A stretch of DNA of 32,000 nt from Pirellula staleyi DSM 6068 (GTDB lineage: Bacteria; Planctomycetota; Planctomycetia; Pirellulales; Pirellulaceae). The position numbers and the translations under genes were made by a program. The notes under the pieces are model-generated. The model made no database searches, was not told the origin of the DNA, and saw only the letters and a list, made by a program, of their open reading frames with translations. Below, one piece after another: positions 25,107 through 32,000 of this stretch (within the stretch, counting starts at the first letter, position 1; the number at the start of each line of letters is the position of its first letter). The stretch is from NCBI GenBank assembly GCA_000025185.1, contig CP001848.1, forward strand, positions 1,380,001-1,412,000, in the 5' to 3' direction.

Positions 25107-27935
25107 ATGCAGATCTTTCGCGTCCGCGTGCTACTGCGCATCAAAACCGCCACGCGGATGCACGCCCATCACGCTGCCATCTTGTATGCGCTGCTCTGCG
25201 AAGCTCACGCCGCTGCACACCAGATCGATCCCTGCATTCCCGATGGGCTCCTCCTCGATGCTCCCGAGCAAGCCAGGCTCATGCTCGCCGCTGGCAGCAA
25301 GTATGCCTTCGGCTTCACGCTCCTTGCGCCCACCGAGCGACAAGCCTGCACCGTGGTCGATCATCTCGTGCGTGGTCTGCGCAAGGTGGGACGCGCCAAA
25401 ACCAAACCTAAGCCCGCTTTGGGTGGCAATTTTGAGGTCGAGCTGGTTGAAGATCTGGTAGCGAAGCAAACCCATCGCACCGGGCATCCACTGCAGCCGA
25501 TTGCCATTGAGGCCATCACCCAAGAGATTGCCGCGCTTGAAGGTTTAGTGCAACTCACCTTACAATTCCATTCGCCCCTGCGAGCCCATCGTCCCAAGAA
25601 GGCACGACGCGATGGTCACCAGTTTTTTGATGATCACTATTTCCATCCGCAGGCACTATTGCACCGCTTGCAATCTCGGATCGAATCACTAGGCATCTGT
25701 CCCGCTCCGTTTCAGCCTCATCTTCGGCCCCAAGCGGCTGCCCCACTCGATGGCTGGCCCGAACCTGCTTCGCCACTACCGGAAGATGCAGCTGAACCCA
25801 TCAGTCACTCCCCAATTCCCGCCGTTGTTTCGAATGAATTGGTTTGGCTCGACGTCTCGTATGGACCCCGGCACTCGCGCAAAACATTGGGAGGGGCCGT
25901 TGGATCGGTCAAGCTCGACGGACTTCAGCCTGCCACGATCGCCACACTTGTTTGGGGGCAGTATGTGCGCATCGGGGAGGGAACCCGGTTTGGTTTTGGG
26001 GCCTATCGCATCGCTGAGCTAGCAAGCGATCCCTATGTTTGCGAGCGTTCAACCCGCCTACTCGATCTTGCCACCGAGCATCCAGCACTCGACCAAGCTG
26101 CTTCGAAGTGGGATCTCGGTGGTGGTGAGGTTCAATCAGCGGCCCGTGATCTCGTGAAGGGAACCTATCAACCGCAGCCCTGCTTTCGCCTAGATATCCC
26201 CAAATCCAATGGCGACCGGCGTCAGCTCGCCATTCCCAGTCGACTCGATCGTGTGCTTCAGCGGAGCATCCTGGATGTGATTGCTCCAGCACTCGAGTTG
26301 TTCTTTGAAGAGTCGTCGTTTGCCTATCGTCGCGGTCTGGGGCGACACACCGCTGCGCGGCATCTGAGCCAAGCCTTTACCGATGGTTATCGTTGGGCTT
26401 TACACGCCGATTTCTTTGACTTTTTTGACACCATCGACCACAAACTATTGCGCCGTCGGCTCGCTGCCTATTTGGCAGATCCTAGCTTGGTAGAAGTTAT
26501 CATGCGCTGGGTCGAAACCGGTGCGCCTCATCCAGACCATGGCATTCCAACCGGCGCACCTCTCTCGCCGATCTTGGCAAACTTGTTCCTCGATCAGTTT
26601 GACGAAGCGATGCACAGCGTGGGGCGTCGACTCGTCCGCTATGCCGATGATTTTGTCGTCCTCTTTCGCGATCAATCCGAAGCACAAGCAGTGATTAGTG
26701 AAGTACGCCAAGCAGCAGAGTCGCTTCGCCTGGAACTCAATCGCGACAAGACGCACACACTCCACCTCGCCACATCCTTTGACTTTTTAGGACTCCATTT
26801 CGAGCCTCGAGAAATTTGGGAGGTCACCACCATTGACGAGCCCCAGCTCATCGAGCAGCTGGGATGGAAAGAGCGCTCGCGCAAGCCCTCTGGTGGCGTG
26901 CTGCATCCTCTGCCAGGTGAAAGCCAACTAGCAACACCGCTTCCAGGTACTTTGATTGCAGGCCCTGGCATAGAAGAAATTCTCGTTCACGGCGATGTGC
27001 TTCAATTCAAACATCAAGATCAGCGTGGTATTGAATCGATCCCCTTGCACACGCTACGCGAGGTCGTTGTTCTAGGAGCGGTCTCGCTTTCCCACCGTGT
27101 ACTATCTGCCATTCAGCAGAATGCTATCTCGCTGTTGCTTTTGGACGAGTCGGCAAATCGAACGGCATACATCGACTGTCAAAACGCCGAACCCGATTCA
27201 GCAGGAATTGAAGCCCAAGTTGATTTGATTCGAAATCCTGAAAGTAGCTTAGCAATCGCTCGCCAATTGATTTCAGCAAAACTGCATAACTATGCGACCT
27301 TGGCAGACGCCTATCCACCCAAGTCACACTCAGGAAATGCCCATCGTTCCTTGATGCGACTGGCAAAGGATGCCCAGCAAGCATCGTCGCTGCCAGAACT
27401 GCTTGGTATCGAGGGAAGCGGAGCTGCGCTTTGGTATGGCGAAATCGGGATGCGGCTTTCCCCCGGCTTCCACTGGGAGCGTCGAGTCGCGCCCAACGCT
27501 CATGACCCTGTCAATATTCTGCTGAATCTCGCGCAAACAGTTCTCTATCGCATGACACAACATGCCATCGCCCAAGCTAAGCTCGTCGACACCCTGGGGT
27601 TTTTGCATCAGCCACGCGCGGGGCATGCAGCCCTGGCGTCCGATATGCAAGAACCTTTTCGTCACTTGATGGATCGAGCGGTATTAGAGACCGTGCGGCG
27701 TATTCGACCGGAAGAGTTTGAACCCGACGAACGTGGTCCTTTTCCAGTACGCATGAAACCGCGAGCACTTCGTGAATCACTGGCGTGGATTCATCGAATA
27801 CTTGCCCTGCCATGCAATGGTGCCGGGCAATCTTCTCCAACAGCCTATCGATTGCAGATCTTCAAACAGGTCCGATCTTTTCGAAGGTTCCTGATGGATC
27901 CTGGAGGACGGTTTGAGCCGTTTCGACATCCATGA
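25107..27935 (+). CDS. cas1: Cas6-reverse transcriptase-Cas1 fusion protein (type III-associated RT-Cas1)
   Basis: The N-terminal ~300 aa end in a Cas6-like glycine-rich loop, GEGTRFGFGAYRI. The central group-II-intron-like RT has RRQLAIPSRLDRVLQRSIL, IPTGAPLSPILANLFL and the catalytic RYADDFVVL. The C-terminal Cas1 has ELLGIEGSGAALWY, NAHDPVNILLNLAQTVLY and ASDMQEPFRHLMDRAVL. Confidence 0.9.
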   Translation: MQIFRVRVLLRIKTATRMHAHHAAILYALLCEAHAAAHQIDPCIPDGLLLDAPEQARLMLAAGSKYAFGFTLLAPTERQACTVVDHLVRGLRKVGRAKTKPKPALGGNFEVELVEDLVAKQTHRTGHPLQPIAIEAITQEIAALEGLVQLTLQFHSPLRAHRPKKARRDGHQFFDDHYFHPQALLHRLQSRIESLGICPAPFQPHLRPQAAAPLDGWPEPASPLPEDAAEPISHSPIPAVVSNELVWLDVSYGPRHSRKTLGGAVGSVKLDGLQPATIATLVWGQYVRIGEGTRFGFGAYRIAELASDPYVCERSTRLLDLATEHPALDQAASKWDLGGGEVQSAARDLVKGTYQPQPCFRLDIPKSNGDRRQLAIPSRLDRVLQRSILDVIAPALELFFEESSFAYRRGLGRHTAARHLSQAFTDGYRWALHADFFDFFDTIDHKLLRRRLAAYLADPSLVEVIMRWVETGAPHPDHGIPTGAPLSPILANLFLDQFDEAMHSVGRRLVRYADDFVVLFRDQSEAQAVISEVRQAAESLRLELNRDKTHTLHLATSFDFLGLHFEPREIWEVTTIDEPQLIEQLGWKERSRKPSGGVLHPLPGESQLATPLPGTLIAGPGIEEILVHGDVLQFKHQDQRGIESIPLHTLREVVVLGAVSLSHRVLSAIQQNAISLLLLDESANRTAYIDCQNAEPDSAGIEAQVDLIRNPESSLAIARQLISAKLHNYATLADAYPPKSHSGNAHRSLMRLAKDAQQASSLPELLGIEGSGAALWYGEIGMRLSPGFHWERRVAPNAHDPVNILLNLAQTVLYRMTQHAIAQAKLVDTLGFLHQPRAGHAALASDMQEPFRHLMDRAVLETVRRIRPEEFEPDERGPFPVRMKPRALRESLAWIHRILALPCNGAGQSSPTAYRLQIFKQVRSFRRFLMDPGGRFEPFRHP

Positions 27936-28204
27936 GCCTCTACTTGGCCAGCTACGACATTTCGGACGACAAACGGAGAGCGAAAGTCGCCCGATTCCTA
28001 CTACAGTTTGGCGCTCGACTTCAGAAGTCGGTTTTTGAGATCGACCTCGATCCCGATGAGATTGCAGAGTTTCGCCGGGACGTTGGCTCGATCCTGTCAC
28101 AAAAGGACTTGTTTGTGTTGGTGCCAGTCGATGAACGTGGCAGCCGATCCACTCTCTCGTGGCAACGTGAATTGAGGCGGATGGATGCAGTGATCGTCCT
28201 TTAG
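27932..28204 (+). CDS. cas2: CRISPR-associated endoribonuclease Cas2
   Basis: 90 aa. MSLYLASYDISDDKRRAKVARFLLQFGARLQKSVFE is the canonical Cas2 beta1-alpha1-beta2 with the conserved Asp. ATGA overlaps the RT-cas1 stop. Confidence 0.85.
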   Translation: MSLYLASYDISDDKRRAKVARFLLQFGARLQKSVFEIDLDPDEIAEFRRDVGSILSQKDLFVLVPVDERGSRSTLSWQRELRRMDAVIVL

Positions 28205-28349
28205 CGGGCACGGCGTCTGTGAGACTGTTTCTCCCAGGTTCGGCCTCGTCTTGCAACTCATTGCTTGCCTTAGGATTACGCGAAAGCAAAGCTGGCAACG
28301 ACTGGCGATGCGCAAAAATCGGTGTCGCAAATCGTTGGCTAGCCATTCT

Positions 28350-28801
28350 CGTTTTGCTACGATCCAAGGCATCGCGGGGAAGCTGGTTTTTCATCAGCTT
28401 TGGGCGATAGGTTTGTTTCGCCACGAGCCCGATATGCAGAGTCAGTCGTGGCTGGTGGTTTTCGGTTTGTTGTAGTTGGAAGGTTGTTTGGAGTATCCAG
28501 AGTCGGCGATTCCCAGGTGGATGCGTTTGGATACCTTGGTGAGGGGTGAACTCCTGAGTGTGGCAGCGTTGCGACAGCAGAGCGCAGTCCGAGCGGTAAG
28601 GCACGCACAGGGAGCGATCGCTTCTTGCGATTCAATTTGGCGCACGCGCGCAAGTGGGGCGTCGATTTGTGAATCCTGAGAGGTTGATGAGGTGTTGGTA
28701 TGTACGTAGTCGAGAGGCTAGGTTTGTGAAGATGGTTTGCAACTGTTTACTGCTGAAACACTTGGCACGAATTTGGCGAGATCGTGACGGGTGCGGAAGG
28801 G
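28350..28801 (+). repeat. CRISPR leader, copy 2 (452 bp, identical to 23391..23842)
   Basis: See copy 1. It begins 146 nt after the cas2 stop and ends at the first repeat of array 2. Confidence 0.85.
28763..28778 (+). promoter_or_regulatory. Sigma-54-like -24/-12 element in leader copy 2
   Basis: Same TGGCACGaattTGGCg sequence as at 23804, at the same distance from the first repeat. Confidence 0.25.
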
Positions 28802-29837
28802 GTGTGAGAAAGAGGCCCTTCGGGGCCGATTGAGACCTCATCGCTGAGCTTCTTCTTCGCGGCGGCCTTTGCGTGTGAGAAAGAGGCCCTTCGGGGCCGA
28901 TTGAGACCAAGAATTCTGCCGAAGTAGTGAGAGTCATCCCAGTGTGAGAAAGAGGCCCTTCGGGGCCGATTGAGACAATTGATGATGTCGAGATAGATTG
29001 CAAGTGCGCAATCGTGTGAGAAAGAGGCCCTTCGGGGCCGATTGAGACAATGCCGCCGTTCTCGTTACGTTCAAAACTGAAGTCGTGTGAGAAAGAGGCC
29101 CTTCGGGGCCGATTGAGACACAAGAACCGTACTCCAAACCTTGCCAGTCTTGCGTGTGAGAAAGAGGCCCTTCGGGGCCGATTGAGACTTCCGGCCTCCG
29201 GCCGGAATCACCGTGGTTTGACGTGTGAGAATGAGGCCCTTCGGGGCCGATTGAGACGTGATCGAGGCAGAGTTAAACGCAGTCCATCCGAGTGTGAGAA
29301 TGAAGGCCCTTCGGGGCCGATTGAGACGATGAGGCCATTACCTTCTTTTCTTTGCCTTTTAGGTGTGAGAATGAGGCCCTTCGGGGCCGATTGAGACCAG
29401 TTCGGTTGCGACGGCGATGGGGTCTTGCCCGAAGTGTGAGAAAGAGGCCCTTCGGGGCCGATTGAGACACCGTCCGCGTTCCATCCCTGTAGGGACAAAT
29501 CCCCAGCCTCCGTGTGAGAATGAGGCCCTTCGGGGCCGATTGAGACCGTCGCTGGCAACGGTGTTCTCTATCTGATTTTCGGGTGTGAGAAAGAGGCCCT
29601 TCGGGGCCGATTGAGACGCAACAGCGACAGAAGTGATGATGAACAGAACAGCAACCGTGTGAGAAAGAGGCCCTTCGGGGCCGATTGAGACCGCACGACT
29701 TTGCCTTTTTCGTACAGCTTGTTGATTTGCCGTGTGAGAAAGAGGCCCTTCGGGGCCGATTGAGACGTTCTGCATGATCCAGAACAGACTGGAGCAGTGG
29801 CGGTGTGAGAAAGAGGCCCTTCGGGGCCAATTTGACG
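28802..29837 (+). CRISPR. CRISPR array 2: 15 repeats (last one degenerate), 14 spacers
   Basis: Same 35-nt repeat and orientation as array 1. Repeat starts: 28802, 28873, 28942, 29014, 29085, 29154, 29223, 29292, 29363, 29434, 29512, 29583, 29657, 29732, 29803. Spacers are 34-43 nt and all unique, with none shared with array 1. Repeat 8 is 36 nt (extra A). The terminal repeat diverges (…GGGGCCAATTTGACG). Confidence 0.95.
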
Positions 29838-29898
29838 GCTGTTTGATGCAGCTATTTTGTGCCGCGCACTTCGGGTGAAGAATTCACAATTCGGTGTA

Positions 29899-29927
29899 TT
29901 GATTTTGGAAAATTGCCGGGCTATCAT
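29899..29927 (+). promoter_or_regulatory. Sigma-70-like promoter candidate upstream of the 570-aa gene
   Basis: TTGATT (29899-29904), a 17-nt spacer, then TATCAT (22-27 of 299xx), about 140 nt upstream of the ATG at 30068. This is a sequence pattern only, and the promoter consensus for this organism is unknown. Confidence 0.2.
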
Positions 29928-30067
29928 CCTCGACGCCTACTGCCAAAGGGGTGTATCCATGCTTCTAGAGTGCCGGTTCTTTAGCATCCGATACTCTACT
30001 CAACGATCCTCACGCTTTTTGCCGTTGAACTTGCTTCCCAGCGTCTACCTTCGTTAAGTACAGCCCC

Positions 30068-31780
30068 ATGTCCCAGCCAGCTTCGCCGGCGACTGAAATT
30101 CCGGTGGAGCTGTTTCGCCAGATTCTGATTTGGCCGTTGCTGATTCATGCCCCTCATGGCGAATCAGCAATGGAATTAATGGATCTTGTAACGGACGAGC
30201 TAGAGCGTCACTCGTGGCATTGGAATGATCGATCCGCAGGCCAAAGTGCTTCGCCGCTGAAGGGGCTTCCTTGGTATCAGGACGATCATGACTATTCGGA
30301 GATCGTTTACTTCCACTCCTACGTGCGCGACTTTCTCTATGGAGGCGATGGAACACCGGCTAGCGAGCGACCACTTCGCGTCCTTCGTCGTACCGACATT
30401 GCTTCACTCCTGTTAAAGGTTGATGAAGGTCGCGAATATCGGCTGAAGGTCGAACGTGTCGAAGCCTATCTGTTCGATTCAGGCATTCTGCAAGTCGTGG
30501 TAGAAGTTGCCGCCCCGCAATTGGTATCCAAGTCGCCGACCGATAGTGAGCAGTTGCGGCCATTCATGCTCAGCGATGCACTCGATCTACAGAATGTGCT
30601 GCGCATGGCTTTTCCGCGCCGCTGGAAGCCGAAAACTGGCATACCTTCGGAAACTCCACACCGAGCTTGTTGGCTCAACTCCGAGGGAAGTGAAATCGCC
30701 GGGAGTGTTCAGGACTTTCTTAACCAGGAAGACTTTACTCGGATCGTGCGCGAGCAGGCCGAACTGCCGGCCGCCAAACACTGGCAGTATCTCGTCCAAC
30801 CCCTGCCACTCTTTGAGCGACGGGTTTGCACTGGATTGTCGGTCAAGCAAATTGAAGACCAGCGTTTACCTTCGATGTCGTACATCGCTGTCCCTGATCC
30901 GCGTTTGATTTCCGACGGCGACTTTGAGCGAATCGCCTTCTTCGACAGCGCCGGTCAGTCTTCGGTAGGTTCCTATTCCGATGAATTTCTAGTCGGTTGG
31001 GAAAAGGATCATGCTTACGACCGCTTTTGGCAACGACTCCCCAGCGAAGGCGGTCCTGAAGTTGCCCTGCATAACCAAATGATGCGAACTCGTTGGCTCT
31101 GCAGCGGCTATGGTTTTGCGGTGGTGGGTGCCAGCGGCGACAAGTTCTTCACTACTCAGATTGCAGCCAACTTTCGCCATCACTATTTTCGCATGGGGCT
31201 GATCGCCCATTTTCATCGTGCCAAGCTAATCTCACTTCGTGACCAACTTGCTGAAGCGACAAAACAGGTAGGTGAGAACTTCCGCAATCGCGTGATGGAG
31301 ATCCAGCGAAGCGCTACCATCTTTCGCGCCCGATTCTGGTTTCATGAGGTATCCACACAGCTTCAAGGTCGTGAGATTTTCACGTGGTGGTCCAATCGAC
31401 TCGGCAATCCATCGCTATTTGAGCATGTGATTTCCGACATCGAAGCTGCTGAGTCGCAAGTTCGAACCGAATTTGAAGCAGAAGAATCTCAAGACATTAA
31501 CCTCATCACACGCGTGGGTGGTGCGATTGGTATTCTGAGTATTGTACTCTCAATTGTAGCGCTAATCATTTCGCTGCTTGCACTGGAAGCCATTTCGCCA
31601 CTTAAGCAGTTTGCGATCATGCCAGCCAATCCATGGGACTGGACAGTTGCCAACCTCTGGCTTGGCCGTATCGCCTCGATCGCGTGCCCCCTATCAATTG
31701 TGAGCCTTTGGATTCTATTGGTCGTCTATGGTGGGCTTCGATATTACAAGAGCCATCGTCGTACTCGACGCTTGAGGTAG
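30068..31780 (+). CDS. Hypothetical membrane protein: large cytoplasmic domain plus C-terminal two-TM hairpin, CorA-like architecture (candidate CRISPR-associated membrane effector)
   Basis: 570-aa ORF with good coding character. The last ~90 aa read DINLITRVGGAIGILSIVLSIVALIISLLAL - loop FAIMPANPWDW - LWLGRIASIACPLSIVSLWILLVVYGGL - basic tail YYKSHRRTRRLR. This parallels CorA (N..M..LT - TM1 - GMN/MPEL.W loop - TM2 - basic tail) but lacks GMN. Long helical segments precede it (HYFRMGLIAHFHRAKLISLRDQLAEA...). The family assignment is inference only. Confidence 0.5.
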   Translation: MSQPASPATEIPVELFRQILIWPLLIHAPHGESAMELMDLVTDELERHSWHWNDRSAGQSASPLKGLPWYQDDHDYSEIVYFHSYVRDFLYGGDGTPASERPLRVLRRTDIASLLLKVDEGREYRLKVERVEAYLFDSGILQVVVEVAAPQLVSKSPTDSEQLRPFMLSDALDLQNVLRMAFPRRWKPKTGIPSETPHRACWLNSEGSEIAGSVQDFLNQEDFTRIVREQAELPAAKHWQYLVQPLPLFERRVCTGLSVKQIEDQRLPSMSYIAVPDPRLISDGDFERIAFFDSAGQSSVGSYSDEFLVGWEKDHAYDRFWQRLPSEGGPEVALHNQMMRTRWLCSGYGFAVVGASGDKFFTTQIAANFRHHYFRMGLIAHFHRAKLISLRDQLAEATKQVGENFRNRVMEIQRSATIFRARFWFHEVSTQLQGREIFTWWSNRLGNPSLFEHVISDIEAAESQVRTEFEAEESQDINLITRVGGAIGILSIVLSIVALIISLLALEAISPLKQFAIMPANPWDWTVANLWLGRIASIACPLSIVSLWILLVVYGGLRYYKSHRRTRRLR

Positions 31781-31824
31781 TTTCACCCTCCATCAAACAC
31801 ATTTACTGAATGACGGTGTTTGTG

Positions 31825-32000
31825 ATGCCAAGCTTTCTGCTAAGACTAGAAGCCGTCAACTTCAGCGAGTCCTGCTACGACACTTGCGACATTAGCACAA
31901 TTCGCGGCGGCTCGATGATGTTGTCGAATGCTCATGAGCTAGCTCGCGTCGTTCTGCCGCAGGAAATCCAGCACGAGCCGACAAGTTTCGGGGCTTCTCA
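31825..32000 (+). CDS. 3'-truncated ORF; N-terminus resembles the first palm-domain motifs of Cas10/mCpol-type cyclases
   Basis: Translated by hand from the ATG at 31825: MPSFLLRLEAVNFSESCYDTCDISTIRGGSMMLSNAHELARVVLPQEIQHEPTSFGAS, open to the window end. The pattern hhhh-E/D-h-x-x-F followed ~15 aa later by IRGGSMML recalls, from memory, the Cas10 palm motifs (..GDhSGIQxFI.. then ..LRGRSFxL..). Only 58 codons are visible. Confidence 0.35.
   Translation, partial: MPSFLLRLEAVNFSESCYDTCDISTIRGGSMMLSNAHELARVVLPQEIQHEPTSFGAS

Noticed and set aside
23897-25153. Multiple minus-strand ORFs across array 1 (for example 24318..24971, 217 aa) with recurring peptides SAPKGLFLT, IGPEGPLSHT and NRPRRASFSH
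   Set aside because: These are translations of the CRISPR repeat in three frames. The periodicity equals the repeat-spacer unit, so they are not genes.
28632-29927. Minus- and plus-strand ORFs across array 2 (28632..29123, 29273..29830, 29050..29394 and others)
   Set aside because: The same repeat-translation artefact as in array 1.
9179-32000. Search for a second copy of the tRNA-Asn 3' end (attR) inside the window
   Set aside because: Scanning by eye found only a partial resemblance at about 6925 (ctcgagtcccac), which lies inside a core gene to the left of the tRNA. No credible attR was found, so the element's right boundary is left undefined.

Overview
Bacterial chromosomal window, moderately GC-rich by eye. 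Taxon cannot be determined from the sequence alone.

**Core genes (1-8.5 kb).** A 5'-partial MotA/ExbB-type channel gene is followed by two paralogous ExbD/MotB-like coiled-coil membrane proteins. Then come an alpha-glucan phosphorylase, FxsA, and a minus-strand operon of lactonase, a small anchored protein and a polytopic membrane protein.

**Integrative element and defence island (from 9.1 kb).** A tRNA-Asn(GTT) abuts an integration module on the minus strand: tyrosine integrase, DUF3987-like P-loop protein and an AlpA/Xis-type HTH. Cargo follows:
- a GIY-YIG/DUF4357 nuclease-like gene;
- about 1.1 kb with no supportable gene;
- a complete type I R-M locus (hsdM-hsdS-orf-hsdR plus a YgjP/DUF45 peptidase);
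- a CRISPR adaptation module (Cas6-RT-Cas1 fusion plus Cas2) flanked by two same-orientation arrays. These have 17 and 15 copies of a 35-nt repeat, each preceded by a perfectly duplicated 452-bp leader.

**Best candidate for something undescribed.** No CRISPR effector genes lie in the window. Array 2 is instead followed by a 570-aa protein with a CorA-like C-terminal two-TM architecture. After it starts an ORF whose first ~35 residues resemble the first palm-domain motifs of Cas10/mCpol-type nucleotide cyclases. All functional calls rest on motifs read by eye; no database search was possible.
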